Shown here: positions 25,723-38,593 of the stretch, in pieces
How positions within the stretch are numbered: position 1 is the first letter of the stretch
How the letters are laid out: the number at the start of each line of letters is the position of its first letter
Assembly: GCA_965644265.1 (NCBI GenBank)
Contig: OZ286466.1
Location: forward strand, 70,432,001-70,496,000
DNA from: Glycera tridactyla
Taxonomy: Eukaryota
DNA: 64,000 bases
Direction of reading: 5' to 3'
Made by a program: the position numbers and the translations under genes
The notes under the pieces: model-generated
Seen by the model: only the letters and a program-made list of their open reading frames with translations
The model's database searches: none
Told to the model about the DNA's origin: nothing

Positions 25723-25798
<76 letters not shown>
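25723..25798. repeat. (CA)n microsatellite
   Basis: Direct reading. Confidence 0.97.
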
Positions 25799-25802
<4 letters not shown>

Positions 25803-26050
25803 AACATTTATATATTCTTAAGGGCACATCTTAACACACTCATAAGCACATGTGCGCATACACACATACGCATATAAATTATGCGTGACTATCCACACAA
25901 ATATACATAAATACATTCACAGACATAAATTCATGCAAAATTCTATCTGAATCTTAGAGATTAGGAGAGACAAACCCACAAGACTAACATTCACGAAACA
26001 TGCACCATCTAGCAATCTATGTCAAATCATCTACATCACAGTCAACTAGG

Positions 26051-27806
26051 AAAACAAGAGCACCGCAAAGCGGGGCATAATACGCCATCGCCGCAATTAG
26101 TGAGGCAGACTTTTTTCATCTGGAATGGGATTTGACCTTCATTGCCGTGACTAGTGACACAGACTCTTTTCATCCAGAAATTGTCTGCAATAGGATTTTA
26201 TCTATTTGCACTCGGTGACCGGGATCGAAGGTTACGACTGCGAAATCAATAGGCATCTTCCTAGACCCAAGGTGAATAGATATACTAAGTTTCAAATCAA
26301 TAGCTATGAGGCTGATATGGATAGGGCTCTTTCCTAACCCAGGTGAATACATGAACAGTTCGAAATCAATAACTTTCAAACTATTTTGAGGTTATCATGC
26401 AGATATTGTCTAGATATGCGATTTGACATTTTTGCACTTTGTGACCTTGAAATTCAAGGTTGCAACCCCACAATCGAAAGGCTTCCTCCCAGACCAAGGT
26501 GATTAGGTATACCAAGTGGCAAATCAATAGCTCTATAACTATTTAAGTTATCGTCCGGAAATGGTCCGGACCAGAGATTTGACCTTTTTGCACTCAGCAA
26601 CCTAGAAAATCAAGGTCGCAACCCCACAATCGAAAGGCTTCCTCCCAGACCCAAGGTGATTAGGTATACCAAGTGGCAAATCAATAGCTCTGAAACTTTT
26701 TGAGTTATCGTCCGGAAATGGTCCGGACCAGAGATTTGACCTTTTTGCACCCAGCAACCTTGAAAATCAAGGTCACAACCTCACAATCGAAAGGCTTCCT
26801 CCAAGACCCAAGGTGATTAGGTATACCAAGTGGCATATCAATAGCTCTAAAACTTTTTGAGTTATCGTCCGGAAATGGTCCGGACCAGAGATTTGACCTT
26901 TTTGCACTCAGCGACCTTGAAAATCCAGGTCGCAACCCCAAAATTGAAAGGCTTCCTCCCAGACCCAAGGTGATTAGGTATACCAAGTTGCGAATCAATA
27001 GCTCTGAAACTTTTTGAGTTATCGTCCGGAAATGGTCCGGACCAGAGATTTGACCTTTTTGCACTCAGCAACCTTGAAAATCAAGGTCGCAACCCCACAA
27101 TCGAAAGGCTTCCTCCCAGACCCAAGGTGATCAGGTATACCAAGTGGCATATCAATAGCTCTAAAACTTTTTGAGTTATCGTCCGGAAATGGTCCGGATC
27201 AGAGATTTGACCTTTTTGCACTCAGCGACCTTGAAATTCAAGGTCGCAACCCCACAATTGAAAGGCTTCCTTCTAGACCCAAGGTGATTAGGTATACCAA
27301 GTGGCAAATCAATAGCTCTATAACTTTTTGAGTTATTGTCCGGAAATGGTTCGGACCAGAGATTTGACCTTTTTGCACTCAGCGACCTTGAAAATCAAGG
27401 TCGCAACCCCAAAATCGAAAGGCTTCCTCCCAGACCCAAGGTGATTAGGTATACCAAGTTGCGAATCAATAGCTCTGAAACTTTTTGAGTTATCGTCCGG
27501 AAATGGTACGGACCAGTGATTTGACCTTTTTGCACTCAGCGACCTTGAAAATGAAGGTCGCAACCCCACAATCGAAAGGCTTCCTCCCAGACCCAAGGTG
27601 ATTAGGTATACCAAGTTGCAAATCAATAGCTCTAAAACTTTTTGAGTTATCGTCCGGAAATGGTCCTCCGGACGGACAGACGCACAGACGCACAGACGCA
27701 CAGACGCACAGACGCACAGACGCACAGACGGACAGACGGACAGACGCACAGACGCACAGACGGACGGACAGCGCCATAACATAATACGCCTGATGGCGTA
27801 TAAAAA
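26051..27806 (+). mobile_element. HINE/Helentron-associated element with 157-bp tandem core and (GACG[C/G]ACA)n microsatellite
   Basis: AAACAAGAG start; cataatacgcc at 26076 and 27780; 3' hairpin tacgcc-tgat-ggcgta plus AAAAA; seven full 157-bp units from 26548; microsatellite at about 27670-27770; layout like bivalve CvA/pearl and Drosophila DINE-1. Confidence 0.8.
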
Positions 27807-28424
27807 TAATGACTGATCAACTGCATTCGAAGGAAGATATGACAGATTCTGCATCAAATGTTCAGTACTAATATCTATGATACATATTATACCAGGGTTA
27901 AATGCCTACAAAATTATCATATCATCGGCAACCTTAATCAGTAAATGAGACATAAAATAGTTATATGAGGAGAGAACAAAAAACTATGTGATCAAACATA
28001 ACTGAAAGCAACTGTTAAAAGTGAGCTGAATACTGTTCTCATTTCAAATCCTTGAAATTACGCAGATCATGTAAGACTGGCTATTTATTAATTCGTGTCT
28101 TCATTTCTATGATATTTGGGTATAATTAAGCCTTAAATGTGGAAACTTCACCAAAAGTCCTATATCCAATACCAAGATCTCTGGAGATGCTGAACACTGA
28201 TTCTTCTATACATCATTCAACAACAATTGAAGATCCATTGTTTGGAACTCATCTTTGACTCTCAATCACTGATGCATTGAACAAAAGCATACAGCACATA
28301 AATGATGATGCCAAATGATGTTCTCATCAATGGAACAATATGCTCATGATCTGCTGAAGGATTGGAATGCTTTGACGAGTTTTGGAGAAAACTAAAGAAT
28401 GGATATCAATCAACAGGAAGTTTA

Positions 28425-29137
28425 TGAGATGGGCAAATATTTTCAGGACCAAATAATGATATCAATGACTGTCTCCTCTGTGTAGGAGATGAGCAAACAT
28501 TTTCAGAACTAAATAATGATAACGATGATTGTCTCCTCTGTTTATGAGATGGGCAGACATTTTCAGAACTAAATAATGATAACAATGATTGTCTCCTCTG
28601 TTTAGGAGATGAGCAAACATTTTCAGAACTAAATAATGATAACGATGATTGTCTCCTCTGTTTATGAGATGGGCAGACATTTTCAGAACTAGATAATGAT
28701 AACAATGATTGTCTCCTCTGTTTAGGAGATGAGCAAACATTTTCAGAACCAAATAATGATAACGATGATTGTCTCCTCTGTTTAGTAGATGAGCAAACAT
28801 TTTCAGAACTAAATAATGATGACAATGATTGTCTCCTCTGTTTATGAGATGAGCAAACATTTTCAGAACTAAATAATGATAACAATGATTGTCTCCTCTG
28901 TTTATGAGATGAGCAAACATTTTCAGAACTAAATAATGATAACGATGATTGTCTCCTCTGTTTATGAGATGGGCAGACATTTTCAGAAATAAATGATGAT
29001 AACAATGATTGTCTCCTCTGTTTAGGAGATGAGCAAACATTTTCAGAACTGAATAATGATAACAATGATTGTCTCCTCTGTTTATGAGATGGGCAGACAT
29101 TTTCAGAACTAAATAATGATGACAATGAGTGTCTCCT
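28425..29137. repeat. 60-bp minisatellite, about 12 copies, open in two minus-strand frames
   Basis: Period exactly 60; translates as SLFSSENVCSSHKQRRQSLL or HYLVLKMFAHLINRGDNHCY. Confidence 0.95.
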
Positions 29138-31549
29138 AGCCAAGAAGATTTCGTGCAGAAGCCCAGTCTCTGGATGTTGATCGCAGTCCAGGGTCATATG
29201 AAGTGAAATGAATGATGGTCGTGGATCTGTCATACACCATTGGTGATTCCAATCATCTGAGTCTGATGTGGGCAAACAACTCAACGCTGCCGAATATAAG
29301 ATCTTTGTTTCTTTCAATATTACAACATTTTTATCAGTCCCAATGCAGATAATCTCTATTATCGGAATTATCATTAGATCTGGTTCTGATAGCAACTCAG
29401 ATATTTTCAGAATTCCTGAGTATGGCAGATTTATTGAATTTTTTAAGGATGCCCAGATCAGGTTGATATAACGTTGTGTCATCGTTGTGTCAACATTCAA
29501 GCAACGTTTATGCACACATAACAAGCATCAACAGCCTTTATGCTTCATGGTCGTGCGAAGGAGCATGCATCAATGCATTCAAAACCACTCTCTCCTGTTT
29601 ACTCTGCTCATATCATTACGGGGCTCATAAGTGATCTATCATCCATTACCCTATTATTTAATTAACTTCAGGAATTGAGCATTTGAATAGTGTACTTCAT
29701 ATTATCACAATTTATTTACGAATTAATCAATCCCTACTTCATGATACTTATTGAGGAGGATACATTTTCAGTATCCAACTGCACTTCTCCTGAGGCGACA
29801 CCTCCACATTCAATCTATTATATAATAACTCATTCGAGTTGTGGATAATTCACCCACACCTTCCCATTATATATACACATACATATATCATCCCATATGA
29901 ATTGTGGAGAACCCATGGGAATAATTCATTCGAACACCTCATACCAAGGGATTATGGAATATATAAACCCATATACTGAGCCGTTTAACGCCATGATGGC
30001 TTGGTCTCGCCGGGAAGAGGCTTCTGCCTGGCTCAATGCCTTCGGCCGAGCAATATACACCCATAGATGGATATACACCATATGATTTCTTCGAACCTTG
30101 GAATATGATGATGATATTTATTATCTACTATTGTGGTTATGAACGTATTGACCTCATCGGAAGTAATATCCATTCACCCCTGTTGATACGTATTTGTAAT
30201 CACTTATGAATCATAGATGTATTGTTTGTTTTTATTATTTTTAACAGTTTATTTATGTTCGTCATTGGAAGTTACAATGAAGCTGAGTGGGAGCCAAACG
30301 TAGTTCATTGAAACATACTTGAATTATTGTGATGGATGTATATTTCATGGATCAATTTCTTGTGAGATTTTCAGATAGAGATGATATGTAACAGTTTGTC
30401 TAGTATACTTGTTAGGTATCATTGACATACCCTCATATACTTTGCCTAATGATTATTATATAAATTTATCAAATGAATTGTCAGGAATTGTAATGACGAA
30501 AACAATGCACTACATCTTATCTTCACTAATGCCAAAGCATTTATTTGGCTGTATCAATTATCAATGTGAGCAAATTCACGATATGTATGTTCATACTATG
30601 TTCGGTACATATATACGTATCAACAGGCCTGAGTGAACTTCTAGTCATCGTTCTGTACGTCAGGTCTAGGAGGAATGCTTGCTGGCCATTGAGTTTACCA
30701 TGTCGAAACTGAGATCTTTTGGTTGTCAGCTGATCCAAAACATCAACTTTCGAGGCAAAGAATGCTTTCGTGAGACTGGATCTTTTCGTTATCTCTCAAT
30801 AGCCAGCAGAAACATTCCTCACAATCCTGTGATTTCCCAAGACCCACCACGAATGAAAAACAAACATATTTTTTCAATCATTCTTCAATATACTTGTGTA
30901 TCAATGAAACTCGGGGCAGTAAAAGAGATATAGGATAATGTGTGTGTGGATAGGTTCCATCACTTTATTTGAGGTGTACTCAATACTTAAGAAAGTGCTG
31001 CCTCAGTGTTAGCAAAAATACTCCATTTTTGAGTCCGAGTGGTCCTAGTTGAATCGGCCACTATATATAGGAAATAATATGTTCTATTCCAGTTTGTTTC
31101 TACTTGGTGCAGAACTGAATTTGAAAACATTTACAGCACTGGAGAATATTCATACCAGTGCGCAATATTGGACTAAATAACTCATAAAAAAGCCTGAAAT
31201 GGCTCAGTTTTGCTATGAGATATACTTCATATAGGATTTTGAGTGTCCCGGAAATTTCATTTTTAGCATCCAATGAAAAAAGTACGGGTTTTCTCAGGTT
31301 TGTGTTGAGACTTTGATATGATATGCAGAAAGAGGGTTTCGCGGGCAAAATATGTCTCATAAAAGATTTGAAGTATTCACCGAAATTTCATTATTAGCAT
31401 GATTGTCAATCTGCAGTTAACTGGAATAAGATTGAGTTCTGTTCTGTTTGTTTTTCATATTGATGGGCCCATGTCCGTTCTATCATTGTAAGTAGTATAG
31501 GTACACTGTAGAGGGGAATAAGTAGCGCGATCGCAAAAGCAGCACATAC

Positions 31550-31615
31550 ATTCAGTTGGTTCCGTTCCTGTCTTTGTAGTTCCGCTGGTTGAAGGAGTCG
31601 AGCCAGTAGGTGTCG
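31550..31615 (-). CDS. Thr/Gly linker exon (66 nt, phase 1-1), xTPTGSTPSTSGTTKTGTEPTE
   Basis: ctaactttcAG|CG ACA CCT...GAA T|GTATGT. Confidence 0.78.
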
Positions 31616-33878
31616 CTGAAAGTTAGGCAAGCAAGCGCATCCTTATTTTCACATACATGCTTGGTCATGTGGAAAAAACACGCTCAGGAATTAGGGGATG
31701 AGGGAGTTATATCATGATAAAATTTTAGGGACTGGAAAGCAAAATATCAGAAATGATAAAATGAGTGTCTGTGAATGTCATACATTTTCAGCTTTCATTG
31801 TGGACCTCAAAGGAGCAGACCTGGATGATCCCATCTGTGCCCATTGTAAGGCATCTCAATATAGCCGAGCTGCTGCTAATGAGGTGTTTAACAATAAACC
31901 AGACCTTTCTCCATCAAGTAGAGATGAAATAATTGCATAACATCTGAATGTGTCAACATGGTCGGGCCAACCTCAACTTATACAATTACAGTACACTGAG
32001 AATTTTCAGTAGGGTCATGAAGAAGCCCTGTGCATATTTATTCAGAACTTCTACAATTGGTGGATCATTACTTGCTTTGGCTGTGGACCAATGGCATGAC
32101 CGACCACATGATTCAGGGAACTGTATTTTATTGGATGTTATATCACAGCAGCCCAAGAGGTTTCAATTCGGCTGATCTTAATCTTGGCACCTAATACAAT
32201 ATGCATAGTACCATTTGGATTTCAATCCCAGAACATAATGATATATATCATTTTATATCAATACACATTCTGTAGTGGCCAATATATTCATATATTGATG
32301 AGAATACTGGATCAGGTTTTAACAATCTCACCAACAACACTGATTGAGGAATAGCCATGAGGAAAAGCAGTGACTCAGCATATCAGATACCAAATGCAGA
32401 GCAGAATGTCCAATAAACACCTGACACCATAAGTGTATCATGAAATCACTGTTCGAATACTCAGTTGCCCTCCAACCATTTTCTCTTGGCTGAATCATCT
32501 GACAGGATTCTCACACACACACACATCATACTTTGCACTGTGAATGAATTGAGCTGTTGCATGATTTGCAGGCGGTATGCTGTGTATTACGTGAGAAAAT
32601 ACTGGAAAACCAGAGTAGGGACAACCTGAAATGAATTGTAGGTGTAGAAAGGGCAGCATATCATGAGTGGACTAGAGTCTTGCTAGGCAGAATCTTGTCA
32701 TGCATGTACAGTGGCAGTCTTACAAATGGAAATGAAAGATGCCTAAAATATCGCACTTATTGAATGCACTAATTCAGAAATCACCAGCAATAACGTAATC
32801 ATGAATCTGCCTTCCAACTCGCAACAAGTATAACACCACCAGCCTTTTCACAATATCAAAATGTCGAAAAAAAGAAGCAGCCATTTCACAATAGGCAAAA
32901 GCCTGGAAAAATAAGGATCGAACAAGGAACATATGTACAAAAATCACTATTATAAATAGACATGCACAGACATATATCCACATATACCAGGAACACAACA
33001 GTCAAACAAAGAAATTGCTGTGATATCAAAGAATCTTTTTCAATGTGAATGAACCAAGCAATGGAAGTGCCACCCATGGGGAAGGATATCACCCGAGGAA
33101 ATGTTGGATGCATTTGTGATGGGTATGTCTATCTACTGATTTGATTTTTTTAATATCATGAATGCTCCATAAGGTTGAGATATTCTATGAATCCGAGGTG
33201 AGTGATGGGTTTTGTCCTGAATACAGGAACCTAGTGTGAGGTGACTCTTGTCCAGTTCAAATCTACCCACAGCCTGAATTGTATTCATGTATGGTTCATT
33301 CAATCTGTTCAAATCCATACCTGGTAGCACATCCTGTACACTACCCTTAGTTTCCCTGGAACCACAACTTGTATGGCCATGAATTTCACATAATTTCGCA
33401 TTCAGATACGGATCAGGGATGAGCCTTGCATGATTCTGTCCAACGAGAAATAAAACAATCACAAAACAAATCGCCTAATAAATCTTGATGTGCTACTATT
33501 TTTGCAAAAGAGATCTATTCCGAATACATCTTGATCCAAGTGATGGTCACAGAATCATTACTTAACGCTTAGGCTTTCCTGCATTTACTGGACAAGAGTC
33601 AGGTAGTGAATACTGTAGGATTTCTAAGAATTATTTCACCAAAGTGTTATTGCTTTCAAAATTGTAGTGAGTGCTCCATGTTGCCTTAATATTTTGGCAG
33701 AGCTAAAGAAAAAACAGCTCATTACTTTGGTGAATAATTCTCATGTGACTTGTGTGTCAAGAGAGCCCAGATGCTGAGACACAAATCTGACCAGACTGTA
33801 AATACAGCTGGCGACTGAAATATAGCATCTGAGGTTGTGTATATGTGATCTGAAGTCATGAAATTTGTCAGGACATAC

Positions 33879-33944
33879 ATCCAGTTGGTAATGAGGCTGT
33901 CGCAGGTGAAGATGATGTTGAAGACACACTCACAGGTTGGGTCA
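33879..33944 (-). CDS. Ser/Thr linker exon (66 nt, phase 1-1), xTQPVSVSSTSSSPATASLPTG
   Basis: tatttcttacAG|TG ACC CAA...GGA T|GTATGT. Confidence 0.75.
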
Positions 33945-35282
33945 CTGTAAGAAATACACATTTTGGCTCTAATATTCATATTGGATATATCTTAATTACC
34001 AAGACAAATAAGAAATAGATGAGTTTTGAATGGATATCAGTTGAAACTGAGAACATGCAACCAAAGTTTTTTTCATCATCGCCATTGATGATACCTCATC
34101 ATTCCTTGAACATTGGATGTCCTATCTGCATAACGACATCTTGATAGGATGTCATTCCAAATGAAACCATGTAGCACTATATATCAAGATTCCTATTGAT
34201 TATCAGTGGTGGAAAAATTGGGTCGCAGTTAGTACAGGTCAAAACCTGATGTCAAGATGGAAAATCGCTTGCATCAAACAGATGCACTATCAACTTGGTG
34301 ACAATTGCATTTTCATAATTATGGCCATGGAATACCTGAAGCAGATGCCTATATCACAGCAAAAATTTCTAAATCTGGGTGGATATAATGATTCGAGGGA
34401 GGGGGGTCTATCTAAAGTATCCATTCAAGGTTGTCAATGATAAAATGGGTGAACCAAACACAACATCAGCTTGATATTAGTATTCATGGATAGGGGCTAC
34501 AGGATTATTCATACCAGGAGTAGAACTTCTCAGCACAATGGAAACCATGACAAATTGGATCACAACAATAAACCAGCATATTATTTGCATCCTCCATGCA
34601 TGGTTTCACGCTGCAGGCGTGGATATGTGTGTATGAGAAGATAATATCAATGCTAGGGATGAGAAAGAATATCTGGATCAAGGCACTCAAGTGTCAAAAC
34701 AATCATTTTTTTTTTTTAAATCTTCAAGTGCAGTCAACTTCTTCATTAAAATAGGATACTCCCTCCGATGGACTGCAGCAATCACCACGAACCTTACAGC
34801 TCAACTCAATTCTATTTCTTCTCTGTGGTGTTAAGATACTAGACATAAGCATAATTTGTTCAGCATTTTACTCACTGAGTGTATGACCATTTTGATTCCA
34901 TACTTATTTCCAGCATTTTGCATGATATAGTGTTAATCTTAACTCAAGTATATTCCTATCGACAAGGATGTACTGAATGAGTTTCCAAATATGACTGATG
35001 ATTTTATGAGTAATGCACATCCATCCTACTCCGACAAAGTTCCTGGTAACACGCACATCAATATTCTGTCAAATGTGAAATTAGCTGAGGAGTGATCACA
35101 TGTTCCATAGAAATAAAAGAACAAAGAGATAGCAAGAATAGCAGGGTAATCTACAGTTCGAGAACAGGAAGGATCGAAGCTAGAATTGTATCTACTGATT
35201 GGGATTTTCTGATGTTGTGTATTGGCCATGAGGATTGGGTGTCGGGGGTCCTCTATACACCCCTGAAAGCATTGTAACCTAC

Positions 35283-35378
35283 ATATGGTCGATTTTCTGG
35301 TGGTGGTTCCTGTTGGTGTGGTAGTGGTTCTTGTTGTTGTTGACCCAGTAATGGGGGACCTTGTGGTTGTTGTTCTTG
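35283..35378 (-). CDS. Thr-rich linker exon (96 nt, phase 1-1), xRTTTTRSPITGSTTTRTTTTPTGTTTRKSTI
   Basis: tatttttAG|CA AGA ACA...ATA T|GTAGGT. Confidence 0.8.
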
Positions 35379-37178
35379 CTAAAAATAATATTCACATGCC
35401 ATGTGTAAGCTCACAGGAAAAATTGCATATAGCGATCAAAATGGTAGAATCCAGCCCCATCGATGATGGTCGACCTCAGAGAATCAATGATATACCATCA
35501 TGCAAACATATCATAACAAATTAAAGCACATCTGTTCATAAAACATTAAAACACAAGATTATATATACCAATAATGAAAAGGAGGCCCTTCTTACCTTCG
35601 CTCATGTAGAGAAAAATAACGATTCACCTGAGTGAACTCCATTGATTGAGTGTATATATATTCTATGAAACTATCAGGGGTGCATCATATCATTAGGTGC
35701 AAGTGTAAAAAGAATACAAACATGTTTCTTAGACCAACAAAACACATCAGGAAATTGATCGATTTGTTTCTTTTTCACTGTCCCCAGGTATCAACGTCAA
35801 AAAAGATCTAGAATTGTTCTGATCATGTCATTGAACTGATATGGGAAATTGGATGTCGATTATGGAAGAAAATATAGATGAACATCCACTTCGGCTTTAA
35901 GTGTGTTTAATTCAGCCAGATATGAAATATGATATCAGGCATTAACTCGACAAATCATGCAATCATTGTGGTCATGGTACCACAGAGTGTGGGTAGATGG
36001 TATAGATCTGATACAATACCAGTATCACTTTAGCAGTCACATTCGAGGGTGCTAATTCTATAGCACTTCAGTAGATAGTGACTTCAAAATAACAACAAAA
36101 GAGCAAGGGGGAGTATTCTTGCAAGAGAACTCCGACAAAAAAAATGTGGCTATGATTACAAACCGGACCAAACCATAAAAATTTTGTGAAACAAAGAAAA
36201 TACCAAGCATTATGTGAGAACAGCAAAAGGCAAAATGTATGAAGTGATATACCCCATTGGACCAACCCTCTAAATTTCAGGCACAGGTGTCTGGCACATG
36301 TACCTCTCGTTACTGCACATGCTCAAAATACCATGACAACTATGAGCTCATGATCTACTCTATGACACCCGGGTTGTAGGAATACACTACTTCCAAATAA
36401 AGATAGACCATAGAGTTACTGATATTATGCAAAAAAGGGAAAATGAGTCATATCAACCCCTTTACCCTCTTTTTCAGAAATTATAATTTGATTTGAGATA
36501 TGGCACTTGCTCAGGTCTTTTTTTCGCGCATAGCTTGGTTCTTATGCATTCAAGACTGAAGGTATGGATGGCCTTCTGGCCATAGCATGATGGTGAAGTC
36601 ACTGCTAAAATTGTCACTTCCATTCGTTACATATTTCTGAGAGAGCACAGCATCTCCAACAATTGTGATTGCATTCGTATAGCGAAGGTACTGAAACTTG
36701 ATCTCTATGATAAGGGGCATCAGTATGATACATGCTGCAGTAGCATAAAGCAGCATCAGAGCAATGCATTCATTTGAATGCGCTAGCTTATCTTCACGGA
36801 CTTTAATAATAGAGTGGCTGAATCTCATTCAAAATCAGAATTTCATTACAATGTCAATCAGCCATCTGCTGAGAATAATTCCACACAGAAAGCTGGAAAC
36901 CGAATGGGAATAATGAGAACACATATTAGTGTCTGAAGTTTGGCACTCTAGCCTCAGAAGAATGGAGAATAAATCGCTATCGGGAATTTGGGATGAAATC
37001 CACCCTGTTGGGACACGTGGGAGTCTACTGTTACCGAAGCATTTCGTGAGTCAAAGTGAATTTTCCAATACATCCCGTAATCACGAATTTGAAAAAAAAA
37101 TCAAATTCGTATTTACATAGCCATATTATAGTGAAATGAACCCAGTGATATCCCCAACCAAACTCATTTGAAACCTAC

Positions 37179-37226
37179 ACTCATCTGTCGGCCGTGAAAC
37201 GATTGGAGTCCTTGTCGTTGAACCAG
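37179..37226 (-). CDS. Microexon B6 (48 nt, phase 1-1), xGSTTRTPIVSRPTDE
   Basis: cctactttcAG|CT GGT TCA...GAT GAG T|GTAGGT; same start and end motifs as B1-B5. Confidence 0.7.
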
Positions 37227-38548
37227 CTGAAAGTAGGGAGTAATGAAATATGATTGGTGAAATAGTCACAAGTACTGGATATGGATGACCCTCGATGAAT
37301 GAAGGATCAGGCGGTATCTCATAAAAATCCTCGAGTATGCGTGAATAGATTCAGCCAGGCCCACACCATGTGTACAAATATCAATTTGGCATAAGATCTA
37401 GGTCAAACTTTGTATTGACTGGTCCCTAAAATAATGGCAAAGACATAGTGATGAGACTCGTACTGTAGCTCGTAATATTATATCTAGTGAGGACTACCTT
37501 TGTTTTCTTGACATTGAATCATGTGAGGGACTGCTTAATGGTCCAAATGTCATCATCAGGAGACAAGAAGTGTACATCTTAGGACCAAGAGTCCCTTGAA
37601 ATTCCACTCGTGCTGCTCCCTGTTGCATGAAATGTCATCATATACACCATCCGGAGTGTTGTTCCATTTTGATAGTTGAGAAGGACGAGAAGTGAATCAT
37701 GGATAGTCTCATAAATAGTAGAAATTTCAGAAGTCAGGTACGCAAATACAAAGATACCTCTTGGATAGATCCTGAGAAAGTGTGATACATTTTCGAAATG
37801 CCTACCAACCCATCCGTCACTAGATATTCCACACATTCAGGTGGTTAATCACTTTGTGGTAAGGTACCATTGTGGTCATTGAGGGGGCAAAATGATTTTA
37901 CTTTCGCAAGGAATTGTTTGATACCAAAACGGAGAGTACATTTTCTAGAGGCCCCAGTTGCTGAAATAATCTAGTGATGATTGAGTTTGAATTGTCAGGA
38001 TTGTAACACTCATTACCTTCAAATAGGTCATATTCCCATGTGACCCACTCACGTGGAATATCAGAATCCTTAAATTACAAATATACCCATCGGACTACAA
38101 ACCATTCAGTGTGATCACTTTGCATTACCAACTATAAAAATGGGCTGATGACACAGACCGAATATATATATATATGTTCTTTTCCAGATGATAGTTGATA
38201 ATGCACAGTGAGCATTCCCTGTCCGCCTACTGACTTACTAATAGATCGTTACTATTATTGTCAGTATGGAAGGGGACAGGATGAGCAGAGCAACAGATTG
38301 GATGCATGATGGTAGAGTGCAAAAGGTGAATAGGTAGCTGGAAGATGCACCAATTCACTGAATTTGTGGCATTCCTGCAACTAACTCCCCACTATTTGCC
38401 ATCTTACACTATACATCGCTCTCTCCAGTATCTGTCATTCTGTCTTATCCCATTAGGAGAATTTAATGAAATAGTATCGATTTCATACAAAGTTCGGACT
38501 TTCCTTGAAATGAGCCCATCAAAACCACAAAATTTAAGTAACACCTAC

Positions 38549-38593
38549 ACTCCTCTGATTCTGAAATTGTTGCCGTCTCAGTTGTTGTACCAG
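38549..38593 (-). CDS. Microexon B5 (45 nt, phase 1-1), xGTTTETATISESEE
   Basis: catactttcAG|CT GGT ACA...GAG GAG T|GTAGGT. Confidence 0.75.

Noticed and set aside
29298-29370. IFVSFNITTFLSVPMQ resembles the Penelope/non-LTR RT motif (SFDVxSLFTNVP)
   Set aside because: Catalytic Asp absent and no other RT motifs nearby; too short to support
28406-29524. 372-aa minus-strand ORF with SLFSSENVCSSHKQRRQ repeats
   Set aside because: Two thirds is a 60-bp minisatellite; no convincing splice donor or domain; the unique 5' part looks non-coding
36631-36690. 60-nt AG...GTAACG segment reading xPSLYECNHNCWRCCALSEI in phase 1
   Set aside because: Peptide is unlike neighbouring exons, Cys pattern is unrecognised, and chance occurrence is likely
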